Positions 30,018-41,784 of a DNA stretch of 64,000 nucleotides are shown here, piece by piece (position 1 is the first letter of the stretch; each line of letters opens with the position of its first letter). Origin of the DNA: an uncultured delta proteobacterium. GTDB lineage: Bacteria > Desulfobacterota > Binatia > UBA9968. A model generated the notes under the pieces. That model was not told the DNA's origin, ran no database searches, and saw nothing but the letters and a program-made list of their open reading frames with translations. The stretch covers positions 32,001 to 96,000 of the forward strand of contig CAVXEP010000033.1 of the NCBI GenBank assembly GCA_963760795.1, read 5' to 3'. Position numbers and translations under genes: made by a program.

Positions 30018-31142
30018 CTACTTCAAAATTTTTCGCGCGAACTCGCCAGCCGGCTCGCGCCAGTTGGCGACCACGTCTTCACCGAAGAATCGTACTTTCT
30101 CGAACTCCTCCGGCGTGGAGACGTCTTTGGCCGCCGGGGTGTTGTAGCGCGTCAGCCATTTGGTGTCGACGTCGAAGCGCCGGGTGCCCTGGGTGAGGGC
30201 GCGGCCGTAGAGATCTTGGCCTTCCTTGCCGAGCAGCCAGTTGATGTAGACTTTAGCCGCGTTCGGATGGGGCGCGTTGGCCATGACCGCGACCGTGCCA
30301 AAGCCGTTGCTGCCGCCCATGCCTTCTTTGATCGATGTCAGTGCTTTGATCGGCAAGCCGCCTTTGATGTAGGGGTCGACAAAGCGCTGCGCCACGGCGA
30401 GGGCCACGGCGAGATTCCCTTTGGCCAGATTGACGGCGATCTGCTGGCCGTCGCGATGAATGTAGAGGTTTTGCTCGGCGAGTTTTTGCAGGAACTCTTT
30501 GCCTTTGGCGCGCATTAGATATCCCCACAAACCCTGGCCGGCGCTGGCGACCCGCGGCTCGAACATGCCGATCTTGCCTTTCCACTTGGGCTGCAACAGG
30601 TCGTCGTAGGAAGTGATTTCGTTGGCCTTGACCAAGTCCGAGTTGTAAAACGGCGGCACAGTGTAGTCGGCGGAGAAAGAATAGATAAAGCGGTTGGTTT
30701 TGACGTTGTCCTCCCACATATGTCCGCCCCACCATTGTTTGGCATCGCGAACTTCGGGGAGAACCACATTGTCCATAAACGGCGCGAGCATGTTGTCATT
30801 GCGCAGCGGCTGCAGCGTGCCCGAACCGCCGTGCAGCACGTCGAAATGCTTCACCCCGGCCTTGAATTCGGCGATCGCCCGTTGGGCATTCTGCGGCCCC
30901 GGCGCCGAGAGCAGCTCCAACTCGATGCCGAAGCGGCTTTCAAAAGTTTCTTTGAATTGCTTGCGCAGCACCGCGGTGGGCGGGCCGCCGGCGACGACTT
31001 TGCCTTCTTTCTTCGCCGCTTCGACGATGCGGCGCCATTCGTCTTGGGCATCGGCGGCAAACAGCTCGTGATTGGAATATGGCCAGCAAACCAACAGCAT
31101 TCCCAGGATGGAAATTTGCTTGAGTCTTAACGGCGAGAACAT
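30018..31142 (-). CDS. Extracellular solute-binding protein (Fe3+/polyamine ABC type, orphan)
   Basis: AAKKEGKVV, LLQPKWKGKI, APHPNAAKVYINWLL. Confidence 0.9.
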   Translation of the reverse strand: MFSPLRLKQISILGMLLVCWPYSNHELFAADAQDEWRRIVEAAKKEGKVVAGGPPTAVLRKQFKETFESRFGIELELLSAPGPQNAQRAIAEFKAGVKHFDVLHGGSGTLQPLRNDNMLAPFMDNVVLPEVRDAKQWWGGHMWEDNVKTNRFIYSFSADYTVPPFYNSDLVKANEITSYDDLLQPKWKGKIGMFEPRVASAGQGLWGYLMRAKGKEFLQKLAEQNLYIHRDGQQIAVNLAKGNLAVALAVAQRFVDPYIKGGLPIKALTSIKEGMGGSNGFGTVAVMANAPHPNAAKVYINWLLGKEGQDLYGRALTQGTRRFDVDTKWLTRYNTPAAKDVSTPEEFEKVRFFGEDVVANWREPAGEFARKILK

Positions 31143-31340
31143 TTTACGAGTCTCCAGAACTGATAAGCTGCTTTGGCGATTGTCTTATCCCGACAACGCT
31201 TGTGACATCAAGTCGTGCAATTCTTTTTTTGATCCCGCCGAGTTCCTGAGTGACTCTGCCATGAGTGCCGGGGCAGGTTTGAAACAGCCGAGGGCCGCGG
31301 CAGCCGCCAGCGTTTCCCCAGCGCCAGCACAGGGTTGCAG

Positions 31341-31380
31341 TTCGTTTTCGGGGTGATAAATTCGTTAGCGGGGTGATAAA
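31341..31380. promoter_or_regulatory. 20-bp tandem direct repeat in a divergent promoter region
   Basis: TTCGTTTTCGGGGTGATAAA / TTCGTTAGCGGGGTGATAAA (18/20). Confidence 0.5.
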
Positions 31381-31557
31381 TAGGGTTCATCATGCCGTGT
31401 CGAAAAAGGTCTTCGCAACAGCAGTCGAAGAGAGCGTTCAGTCGGATGATCGCTGGCTTCGGCAGGATCAGTTTCGAATGCTTGAGTACATAGCCGTCGC
31501 GATCTCCAGGCCACGAGGCCAGATGTCGTCGCGCCGTTAACGCGGTCAGGGAGCTTT

Positions 31558-33084
31558 ATGTATTGCAATCATTTCGGCTTTGAGGAATTGCCCTTCAGTG
31601 TGACACCGGACCCGCGGTTCATTTACAACAGCGCCAACCACGAGGACGTGCTGGGCAAATTGCGCTACGGGATCGAGGCGAAGAAGGGGTTCATCGTCGT
31701 TTCAGGCGAGGCGGGTACCGGCAAAACGACACTTCTGCGCCGCTTGATGCGGAGTTTTTCAAATCGTATCGCGTACGCCTACATCTTCAATCCGCGTTTG
31801 AAATTCACCTCATTGTTACGTGCGATCCTCAAAGACTTGGGCCTTTCCGCCATGGCGACGGACAAGGAATCGATGCTGGAGCAACTCAACGACTACGTGC
31901 TGCGGCAACATGAGCAAGGGCGCATTGTGACCTGGATATTCGATGAGGCTCAGGGCCTGAGCGACGAAGTGTTGGAGGAACTCAGACTCCTGGGCAATCT
32001 CGAGACCGATAGCGAGAAGCTGATTCAGATCATTCTGGTTGGCCAACCGGAGCTTGACAGTCGGCTGGATCAGCCAAAAATGCGTCAGTTCAAACAACGG
32101 GTCGCTCATCGTCATGTCTTGTATCCGCTTGCTCCTCATGAGGTCAGTCCTTATCTCGCGGCGCGGCTCAATCAAGCAGGTTACAAAGGCGAAGAGCTTT
32201 TCAACTTAACGACGGTAAACCTAATCGCCGGATACTCGCGCGGCATTCCCCGTGTGATCAATTCGCTATGCGATAACGCATTGGAGCGTGCCTACCAGGC
32301 GGGGTGCACGACGATTACACCGGAGGTCATCGACGACGCTGCAGCGGAACTGCGCTTGGACGGGAGGTTGCCGTCGGAGATTAAGTCACCTGTGGAGACG
32401 GCCGATGCTCCGAGTGAGTTGGCAAATTGTCGCGCACCGGCAATTGTCGATACCGGTGGTCGAGCTGACGAGCTCATTTCAGCTGGCGAATATGACACCC
32501 CGCCACCGATCGGATCGGTTGCTCGACCGGTTCGTGCGGCGGTAGACAAGAAGCAACTTAGGTTTGCCACCGGTGCCCTGACTGCGATTGTCGTCTTGGC
32601 TTGGGGATGGGCGGTCTCGTGGCCCCCAAGAACTGAGGTCACCGTTTCACAAACGAACAAGTCCACGATGGAGGTTCGCAATGTTATGCCAAAGCTCACG
32701 GTCACGCACGCCTCGGTAGGGACCAGTTCGGATCGTCCCGACACGTCAGGGCTTTCCCCTCAGGTTATGCCGCGGGCGTCGATTGGCGCTCCGCCGGAAA
32801 GCGATCCGCAGACCGCGGAGCGACCTCGTGAAACGCAGCAGCCCCCTGTCGCTACTCGCAAAAGCGTTAAACCGCCTGCGCTTAAGGAATTTCGCGTTAG
32901 CGAAGCAACATTTTTGCGAAACAAACCGACGGCGAACGCAGACATCATCGATACCCTACGGCCAGGGATTCGAGTCGTAGTTATCGGTCGCGGCGGTGAA
33001 TTCCTTCGCGTGCGTTCTTTGGGCGACGATAAGTTTAGCGGTTATGTCCACGTGGACGATGCGTTCTTTGAACCGCTCCGGTAG
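31558..33084 (+). CDS. ExeA/GspA-like AAA ATPase with TM helix and C-terminal SH3-like domain
   Basis: FGFEELPFSVTPDPRF, GEAGTGKT, IFDEAQ, LVGQPEL, GIPRVIN; C-terminal LRNKP..GYVH. Confidence 0.88.
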   Translation: MYCNHFGFEELPFSVTPDPRFIYNSANHEDVLGKLRYGIEAKKGFIVVSGEAGTGKTTLLRRLMRSFSNRIAYAYIFNPRLKFTSLLRAILKDLGLSAMATDKESMLEQLNDYVLRQHEQGRIVTWIFDEAQGLSDEVLEELRLLGNLETDSEKLIQIILVGQPELDSRLDQPKMRQFKQRVAHRHVLYPLAPHEVSPYLAARLNQAGYKGEELFNLTTVNLIAGYSRGIPRVINSLCDNALERAYQAGCTTITPEVIDDAAAELRLDGRLPSEIKSPVETADAPSELANCRAPAIVDTGGRADELISAGEYDTPPPIGSVARPVRAAVDKKQLRFATGALTAIVVLAWGWAVSWPPRTEVTVSQTNKSTMEVRNVMPKLTVTHASVGTSSDRPDTSGLSPQVMPRASIGAPPESDPQTAERPRETQQPPVATRKSVKPPALKEFRVSEATFLRNKPTANADIIDTLRPGIRVVVIGRGGEFLRVRSLGDDKFSGYVHVDDAFFEPLR

Positions 33085-33169
33085 CATCGCCGGTCGGAAA
33101 TCGGCAGCTCTTGATGGGTTGCCGATGCCGCAGCGCGCTGATTCCATTTAGCTTGCGACCTGAGGGCTG

Positions 33170-34219
33170 TTGCTGAACGATATGAAAATTCGCATTGCCG
33201 TATTGTCGTGGCTTCTATTCTGCGCTGTTCCAGTTTGGGCGCAGGTTCCTTTCTTTCAAGATAAGACGATTTCCGTGATTCTTGGCGGACCGCCGGCGGG
33301 CTCGGCGGATTTGCGCACGCGCGCGGTCATTAACATTCTACGCAAACATATTCCCGGCAACCCAACAATTTTGATTCAGCATATGGGCGGCGGCGGCGGC
33401 CGGCAGGCAGCCAATCACGTTTACAAAGTTGCCAAGCCCGACGGTCTGACCATCGGCAGCATGGGCGCGGCGCTGGTGACCAACGCAATACTCGGCGAGC
33501 CGGGGGTGCAGTACGACATCGACAAGTTAATTTATCTGGGCACGCCGGACAGCGCGCAGCACTATCTCTTCATCACCCATGGCGATGCGGGGTTAAACAG
33601 CTTGGAAAAACTGCGCGCCGCGAGCAACGTGCGCATCGCCGCCCAGTCGGTGGGCCACCCGATTTATATTACCGGGCGGGTTTTCGCTTATCTGCTCGGT
33701 TTGAAAGAGCCCAAATTTGTCGTCGGCTTTACCGGCCCTGAGATTGACGTCGCTCTGGCCCAGCGCGAGGCCGATAGTCGAGTCAGCACCGGCGACTCGC
33801 TGATCCGGCGCAACCGCGACTGGTTGGACAAGGGACTGGTGGACGTCCATGCGAGCATCGAGATTCCCAAGGGCGAACGTCATCCGCGTTTCGCCCACGT
33901 GCCGGAACTTGGCAGCTTCGCGAAATCGGACCGCGAGAGAAAAATGGTCGAAATGTTTCGCGCCTTCCGCATCGCCGGCCAAAACTTTTTCCTGCCGCCG
34001 GGCGTGCCCAGAGATCGCGTGCAGATACTTGCCGACGCCATGCGTAAGACTCTCAGCGACCCCGAGTTCTTGAAAGAATACCAAAAGCTCTCCGGCGAGG
34101 CGGCATCGCCCCTGGCCGCCGAAGCGTTGGATAAAGTGATCAAAGAGCTGCCGCGGGATGCCAATGTCGTTGAGCTATTCAACAAACTCGGTGGCGCAGA
34201 TCCGCTGCCGTCAAGATGA
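33170..34219 (+). CDS. Bug/TctC tripartite tricarboxylate transporter substrate-binding protein (orphan)
   Basis: Signal peptide, HIPGNP, AANHVY, PDGLTIG, PPGVP. Confidence 0.88.
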   Translation: MLNDMKIRIAVLSWLLFCAVPVWAQVPFFQDKTISVILGGPPAGSADLRTRAVINILRKHIPGNPTILIQHMGGGGGRQAANHVYKVAKPDGLTIGSMGAALVTNAILGEPGVQYDIDKLIYLGTPDSAQHYLFITHGDAGLNSLEKLRAASNVRIAAQSVGHPIYITGRVFAYLLGLKEPKFVVGFTGPEIDVALAQREADSRVSTGDSLIRRNRDWLDKGLVDVHASIEIPKGERHPRFAHVPELGSFAKSDRERKMVEMFRAFRIAGQNFFLPPGVPRDRVQILADAMRKTLSDPEFLKEYQKLSGEAASPLAAEALDKVIKELPRDANVVELFNKLGGADPLPSR

Positions 34220-34335
34220 AATCTGTCTTTTCGATCGCCGTGGTTTTTTCAACAACGGTACAAGTATAGATACGACGATAGTGCTTCGATCATGCACCGG
34301 GCGCACGCAAATCGGTAGAATACAATTTGTTGCGT

Positions 34336-37300
34336 TTACCGATGCGACCAACCCAGCCGTTCGGCGCAAAAGCGGCTGACGCGCCGCATGCGCTCGAGAT
34401 TAATACTATTTGCCCAATCTTCGAACATCGAGTAGGCCACTGGGGTGACCAGTAACGTCAGCAGCAAGCACAGAGTTTGCCCGCCGATAACCACAACGGC
34501 GACGGCTCGCCGTTCTTCAGCACCGGGGCCGGTGCCGAGGGCAAGCGGCAGCATGCCGGCCACCAGCGCCAGGGTAGTCATCAATATCGGACGCAGCCGG
34601 TCGCGGTTGGCGCGCATGATGGCGACGAGCCTATCGGCGCCTTCGCCGCGCAGGCGGTTCATATGATCGATCTGCAAGATGGAGTTCTTCTTGACCACGC
34701 CGAAGAGCACGAGTACGCCCAGTGCAGAATAAAGATTGAGCGTATTGCCGGTGAGCCAGAGCGAGAACAACGCAAAGGGAATGGACAGCGGCAACGACAG
34801 CAAAATGGTGAACGGATGGATCGTGCTGTCATACTGCGAAGCGAGAATCATGTACATGAAGATGATGGAGAGCAAAAACGCCCATATGAACTGTGTAAAT
34901 GTTCGCTCCAATTCACGTCCCCGCCCGGAGACGGTGGTGCTGTATTCGGCGGGTAGATTCATTTCGCGAATCGCTCCATTGAGCGCCTGCAGACGATCGG
35001 CGAGGGCGAAACCGGGAGCGATCTGAGCGCGCAGGCTTACCTGGCGCTGACGATCCAACCGGTCGATGCGCGACGCGCTCATGGTCGGTGCGACCAACAC
35101 CAGGTTGTCAAGCCGAACCAGACCGGCGCCCGCGCGCGGAACGTAGAGGTGAGAGATGGTTCCGATATCTTCTCGATCGGGCTGCGACAAACGCAATTGC
35201 ACGTCGTATTGCTCGTTGACGGACGGATCGATGAAGCGCGACACTTTCTCGTCACCGCCGACCATTAGACGTAACGCTGAGGCGATGTGCTCCGTGTCCA
35301 CGTTGAGGTCGGCGGCGCGCTTGCGATCTATGACCACGCGCAATTCAGGATTGTCGAGCTTGAGCGTCGTATCGGCATCGATGATACCGAGTTTTTGCGA
35401 ACGGACGCGCAGTTCTTCGGCATAAACCGCCAGGGTTTGGAGATTCGGACCGCGCAGGACGAAATCGATGTCCCAGTTGCCGCCGCCGATGTTGAACGAC
35501 GGCAGGTTGCGCACGGAAGTCCGGAGATCCGTGAATTTTTTCAGCCCCGCGCGGACCTGCTGCATCACGTCGCGTTGCGAAGTGTTGCGCAAGGCGACCC
35601 AGGGTTGACCGTTAAGGGTCTCGCGCCACAAGCGGGTAAAGGAAAAAACTCGTTCTTCGTGGGGCGCGATACGCACATAACAGCCGCCCGTGCCTACGCC
35701 GCTGATAAAGCCTCCGCCGGCATCGCAGAGCATCAGGCGCACTAACGGAATCGCGCGCAGCTCGCTTTCGACGGCTTGCATGATTGCGTCTATCGCCGCC
35801 AAACTAGTGCCCTGGGGCGCGGTGACGTTGACCTCGAACTCCGCTTCATCCACGTTGCTGGGAATATATTCCTGTTGAACCAGCGTATAGAGGGGAATCG
35901 ACGAGAGCACCACGAGTGCCGCGAATATCATGACCGTCATGCGATGCGCCATGGACCACTGCAGCGCGCGCTCGTAATGACGGTCGATCCAGGCGTAAAA
36001 TCCTTGGCGTGAATGGGATTCCCCTGCCGCGGGTGCTGCATCCTTGTGCGCGCAGCATGCGCGCGCTCATCATCGGCGTCAGCGTAAACGAAACCAAAAG
36101 ACTGACCAGCACGGCCACTGCCGCTGTCAGTCCGAACTGATAGAGAAAACGTCCGGAGATGCTGGACATGAAGGCTACGGGAACGAAAATAACGACGAGG
36201 CTTAACGTCGTCGCCATGACCGCCATGCCGATTTCGGCGGTCGCGGCGCGGGCCGCCTCGAAGGAGTTCATGCGTTTTTCCTCGACGAATCGGAAGATAT
36301 TTTCCAGGACTACGATGGCATCGTCGATGACGATGCCGACCATCAAGACAAGGGCAAGCATGGTCACGCTGTTGAGGGTGAAGCCTAGCGCCCACATCAT
36401 GCCAAAGGTCGAGATGACCGAAGCTGGAATGGCCACTGCGCTGATCACTGTCGAGCGCCAATTGCGCATGAAGGCCAACACGACCAAGGTCGCCAAGATG
36501 CTGCCTAAGATCAGGTGCACGTTGATTTCGTGCAGCGCGGCGTAAATGTAGCGCGACTGATCCCGGATGATTTCGGTTTTCACATCGGCCGGAAGCTGCC
36601 GAGCGACCCGCGCGAGGTTTTCTTTTACCGACTCGATGACCGCAATCGTGTTCGCGCCTGATTGGCGTCGCACCTGGAGCTGGACCGTCGGCACGCCGTT
36701 CAATCGCGACAGAGAGCGCTGTTCCTTGGTGCCGTCTTCGGCGCGTCCGATGTCGCGGACGCGAATAGGCGACCCGTTAACGGTACTGATGACGAGGTCG
36801 TCGAACGCTTTGGGATCCGTGATCCTTCCCATGGTACGCAGCACTTGTTCGCGCGCACCACTGGTCACATTGCCGCCGGGTATATCGGCATTCTGGCGTT
36901 GGATCGCGTCGCGAACCGCGGTGATTGGAAGCTGGTAGGCGGCTAAACGGTCCGCGTCTATCCAGATGTTGATGGCGCGTTCCAAACCGCCGACGATGCG
37001 CACCTCGCCGACACCGACCGAACGTTCGAGCTGCACCTTGACGATCTTATCGGCGATCTCAGTCAACTCGCGCAGCGATCGATCGCCGGAAACAGCTATG
37101 GTGAGAATCGGCGAGTCTTCGTTGTTAAACTTGGAAATGACCGGAGGATCGACATCGTCCGGCAAACGATTGAGCACGGTAGCGACCCGATCGCGCACGT
37201 CCTGAGCGGCAACGTCGATATCGCGGTCGAGATTGAACGTCGCCATAACGAACGAGGTTCCCGGGCCCGATGCGGAACGGAGCTCGTCTATGCCTTCGAC

Positions 37301-37522
37301 CGTGTTGACCACCTCTTCGATCGGCTGTGAAATGATCGTCTCGACTTCCTCAGGGGAGGCGCCGGGCAAGGTGGTGCGGATCGAAACGTTGGGCAGGTCG
37401 ACGGATGGAAAGCGGTCTACGCCGAGACGGAAATAACTCGCCACGCCGACGACCACCAGCGCCAGAATGATCATCGAGGCAAAAACCGGGCGTCTAATGG
37501 AAATTTCCGCCAGCTTTTGCAT
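34336..37522 (-). CDS. RND efflux permease (AcrB/AcrD/AcrF family), frameshift near 36020-36050
   Basis: RRPVFA, GIVIDDAIVVLEN, SFTLTPM; second half RLRPILMTT. Confidence 0.92.
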
Positions 37523-38745
37523 CAGTTCACCACGGTCACCGGCTCGCCGGCGACGAGGTTGCCCGGTTGCACGATGACTTGATTGCCGGCAACGATACCC
37601 TCGGTAACTTCCACCTGTTCGCCGATCCGGCGTCCGGTGCGCACGCGCTTCTCGACAGTTTTTCCCTGCATCACCATGAGAACCTTCTCGATCCCGGCAA
37701 AAGTAATGATCGAGTTGCGCGGCACCGTGATGATCTCCTGACCCGCTTCGATAACTATGTCCGCCTTGGCGAAGGAACCGGGGCGCAGTGCGCCCTGGCC
37801 GTTGGGCACTTCGGCTTCGATCATCAAAGTTCGGTTGTTCTCGGCGATGGCCGGTGAGAGTCTCGCGACCCTGCCCTGGTATTTGTTGGCATCGCTTTCG
37901 ACGGTGAGATCCACGGTCTGGCCGATGCGGACCAAACCCGCTTCGCGCTCGGAAACTGCTAGGCGCAGCCGTAACGGATCAGTACGCACCAGAGTTACGA
38001 CGGGCGCGCCGGCCGGCAGGTATTGGCCGACGGCCGCCTGGCGTTCGCTGACGGCGCCGTCAATGGGCGATACGATGACGGTATCGGCAAGCTGCTGGCG
38101 GGCGATCTCAAGCTCGGAACGGCGCTGCACCAACACCGCCAGGCGATTGCGGACTTCTTCGATTGCGTCTTGATAGCGCCCTTCCGCCACCGCGAGTTGG
38201 GATACGGCGCTGTCGAGCTCTGCGCGCGCGATTAGCTTGCGATCCCAAAGTTCGACCATCCGGTCGTGACTTAGACGGGCTTCTTTGAATACCGCCGCAG
38301 CTTGGCGGACCAGTGATGTTTGTTCGATATCCACCTTGTCGCTGTTCCCCGACGCAGGCAGTCCCAGCCTGACGCGCGATTGCTGCAGCGCGGCGTCCGC
38401 TTGTTCGACGCGTAAGCGATAGTCGCTTTGATCGATGCGCGCGATGGCTTGACCTTTCTTCACGCGGCTGCCGAGATCGACAGGGATCTCGCCCAAGCGT
38501 CCGACGACCTTCGTGCCCAAAACAAATTGGTCGTCGGCCGCCAATGTGCCGCTGGCGCTGACGACGCGCACGGCTACAGATTGCGCCGCTGCGACCACTC
38601 TTACCTGACGCGACGGCGTGTCGCGTTTGGGCACCGCGGTGGCTGGACTGTCGCCGCCGCAGGCGGCGGCGCCTAGCGAACCGATGACGAACACCGCCGC
38701 TAGCGCGCGCCGGTTTGTCGACGATCTGAGCTTAAGGAGTTTCAT
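37522..38745 (-). CDS. RND efflux periplasmic adaptor (MFP) subunit
   Basis: Lipoprotein-like leader, lipoyl motifs (GSRVKKGQ; SPIDG), LRPGSF. Confidence 0.92.
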   Translation of the reverse strand: MKLLKLRSSTNRRALAAVFVIGSLGAAACGGDSPATAVPKRDTPSRQVRVVAAAQSVAVRVVSASGTLAADDQFVLGTKVVGRLGEIPVDLGSRVKKGQAIARIDQSDYRLRVEQADAALQQSRVRLGLPASGNSDKVDIEQTSLVRQAAAVFKEARLSHDRMVELWDRKLIARAELDSAVSQLAVAEGRYQDAIEEVRNRLAVLVQRRSELEIARQQLADTVIVSPIDGAVSERQAAVGQYLPAGAPVVTLVRTDPLRLRLAVSEREAGLVRIGQTVDLTVESDANKYQGRVARLSPAIAENNRTLMIEAEVPNGQGALRPGSFAKADIVIEAGQEIITVPRNSIITFAGIEKVLMVMQGKTVEKRVRTGRRIGEQVEVTEGIVAGNQVIVQPGNLVAGEPVTVVN

Positions 38746-39412
38746 TGCCTTGGGCCTGCCTTCGCTGCGCTAATTCTCGCAGCGCCGCCAATGAAAATTC
38801 ACTGATGTGCTCCACCATGCGCGCGACATCATCAGGGCGGTACTGTTGTTCCGGGTAAAGGCGCACGAGGACAGTGCGAGCATGATGGTAGTAAACGCAC
38901 TGGCCCATGATGCTGAGCGCGCAAAATCTCACGTCTTCGTCTGTGGCGCTGGCGCCGAGCAGCAAGCGCACGATGCTCGCCAGTTCGCGATGCAGCGGCT
39001 GTGCGACTTCTTCGAGCAGCGAATCGAGGGCGCGAGTGGGCTCGATCATCTCGCGGGCGATGATCTTGCTGTGCCATCCGGGACGGCCGGCATCGAAGAT
39101 GCGATGCAAAAGGGAGTGAACGTAGACACGCAGTCGTTCCTCCGCCGTGGCATCGGGGCTCAGTCCGGATCGCGATGGATATTTTATCGCTTGGGCATCC
39201 GGCACCGAGCGCAGCACGGCTTGATAGAGCCTCTCCTTATCGCCGTAGTAATAATTGACCGCGGCGATGTTTGCTCCGGCTTTTTCGCAGATCTGCCGCA
39301 CTGTGGCGGCGCGATAGCCGTATTCGGCGAAAATCTCGCCGGCAGCGTCCAGCACTCGCTTTTCGGTATCTGAACTATCCTCAGAACTGTTTTTGAGTTG
39401 TCGTTTAAACAT
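38732..39412 (-). CDS. TetR-family regulator (CecR/CerR-like C-terminus)
   Basis: AAGEIFAEYGY, TVRQICEKAGANIAAVNYYYGDKERLY, SIMGQC. Confidence 0.9.
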   Translation of the reverse strand: MFKRQLKNSSEDSSDTEKRVLDAAGEIFAEYGYRAATVRQICEKAGANIAAVNYYYGDKERLYQAVLRSVPDAQAIKYPSRSGLSPDATAEERLRVYVHSLLHRIFDAGRPGWHSKIIAREMIEPTRALDSLLEEVAQPLHRELASIVRLLLGASATDEDVRFCALSIMGQCVYYHHARTVLVRLYPEQQYRPDDVARMVEHISEFSLAALRELAQRRQAQGNETP

Positions 39413-39448
39413 AGGTTTGAAACAATTGTATTAAACAAGTATATGAAT
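39404..39448. promoter_or_regulatory. Overlapping TetR-type operators (TTYAAAC-N4-GTTTRAA)
   Basis: TTTAAAC-ATAG-GTTTGAA, TTGAAAC-AATT-GTATTAA, ATTAAAC-AAGT-ATATGAA; AAAC recurs with 13-nt period over the regulator start. Confidence 0.6.
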
Positions 39449-39643
39449 AGCAATTAAAGCTACGTGAATTTTTTAACTAGCTATAAAATATAAGAAAAAT
39501 TGGAATGCTAGATTTGAAACGGGCCAGCATAGCAACCTTGGTTGACTTGTTCAGCAGGCTCGCGAGTGCCGAGGCGTACCAGGAAAGTGGAAAGGGTAAA
39601 CCGCTCCGGAGGGAAAGTACGGCTGCTCAGAAGGAAGGGGGGA

Positions 39644-39674
39644 AGGTAGGGGCGAAAGATTTTCGCCCCTACCT
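39644..39674. repeat. GTAG-type REP hairpin / possible terminator
   Basis: Perfect 14-bp stem AGGTAGGGGCGAAA / TTTCGCCCCTACCT, 6 nt after the DLH stop. Confidence 0.75.
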
Positions 39675-39680
39675 GAAAGT

Positions 39681-40598
39681 TTAAGCTTTCAAATTTTTAT
39701 TGAAGTGATCGAGGGTGCGCTGCCAGGCGAGTTTGGCGGCGGCCTCATTGAAGCGCGGCGTGGTGTCGTTGTGAAAGCCGTGATTCGTTCCGGGATAAAC
39801 ATGGGCCTCGTACTTGATGCCATTCGCTTTGAGGGCGGTTTCGTACTCCGGCCACCTGCCGTTGATATTGGGGTCGGTCTCGGCAAAGTTAAGCAGCAGC
39901 GCCGCTTTAATCTTCGGCACGTCACCTACGGCTGGTGCAGCACCATAGAAGGGAACTCCTGCGGCCAACTGCGGCATCTGTACGGCCAATCTATTGACCA
40001 CAGCGCCGCCAAAGCAGAAACCGACCGCGCCGAGTTTTCCGGTGGAATTCGGATGTTTCAGCAGGAACTCCGCGGCGGCGACGAAGTCTTCGGCGATCTT
40101 GGCGCCGTCCAATTGCTTCTGCATGCCGAGCGCTTTTTCGTCGGCTTCGGCGCCGTATTTGTCGACACTCGGATAGCCGCCCAACGGCCAGATCGCATCC
40201 GGTGCCAGAGCCATGAATCCGCTAGCGGCCAAGCGCCGGGCAACGTCTTCGATATAGGGGTTCAAGCCACGGTTTTCATGAATCACCACCACGACAGGGA
40301 ATTTGTCGCCGGAAGCCGGCCGCGCCAGCAAGCCGCGCATTTTTCCATCCGCGGCGTTGCCCTTCGGCGACGGGTAAAAAGTGTACTCGGCTTTGATGCG
40401 CTTGTCGTCTTTCGGTACTTGCTGTGCCAGCGCGTAATTGGGCCGGAGCGACTCCCATAATCCCATCGCGGTCATGCCGCCGACAGCGAATTTCGCCGCG
40501 CCATCTAAGAATTCGCGCCGGTTAATGCCGCCATGCACATATTTGTGAAATAGGCTGAGTAGCTGCGGATCGAATTCGCTGGCAGTTTTTCTTTCCAT
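39681..40598 (-). CDS. Dienelactone hydrolase family protein (YghX-like), Tat leader
   Basis: INRREFL, IHENRGLN, VGFCFGG, HGFHNDTT. Confidence 0.93.
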   Translation of the reverse strand: MERKTASEFDPQLLSLFHKYVHGGINRREFLDGAAKFAVGGMTAMGLWESLRPNYALAQQVPKDDKRIKAEYTFYPSPKGNAADGKMRGLLARPASGDKFPVVVVIHENRGLNPYIEDVARRLAASGFMALAPDAIWPLGGYPSVDKYGAEADEKALGMQKQLDGAKIAEDFVAAAEFLLKHPNSTGKLGAVGFCFGGAVVNRLAVQMPQLAAGVPFYGAAPAVGDVPKIKAALLLNFAETDPNINGRWPEYETALKANGIKYEAHVYPGTNHGFHNDTTPRFNEAAAKLAWQRTLDHFNKNLKA

Positions 40599-40633
40599 AG
40601 GTAAGCTCCTTTGGTTTGGGTCAATTCGCGAGG

Positions 40634-40662
40634 AGGCTAGCGCAAAAGCGATATTTGGTCAA
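40634..40662 (-). promoter_or_regulatory. Sigma-70 promoter of DLH copy 1
   Basis: TTGACC-17 nt-TAGCCT; hexamers identical in the paralog promoter. Confidence 0.7.
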
Positions 40663-40730
40663 TTGCGTAATTCATAGTTTTACCGTCGAGCCGCAGCTGG
40701 TGGACCTCCATGATTTGCTGCTCCGTTTGT

Positions 40731-41650
<920 letters not shown>

Positions 41651-41681
41651 AAAAAGCTCCTTTTGGGGGGAATTGGCGAGG

Positions 41682-41710
41682 AGGCTAGCGTAAATATGAC
41701 GATCGGTCAA
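41682..41710 (-). promoter_or_regulatory. Sigma-70 promoter of DLH copy 2
   Basis: TTGACC-17 nt-TAGCCT. Confidence 0.7.
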
Positions 41711-41784
41711 TTGCGATTTTGACCATGGATCTATGCCTGCCGCGTTAGCTGAAAGCGCGGCAAGGACTTGATATCATTCGATGA

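Noticed and set aside
31341-31380. Direct repeats as a CRISPR array or iterons
   Set aside because: Only two adjacent units with no spacer; no cas or rep gene.
39570-39640. GGGTAAACC purine-rich stretch as a c-di-GMP-I riboswitch
   Set aside because: Lacks the GNRA-capped stem and the GACGCAAAGC element.
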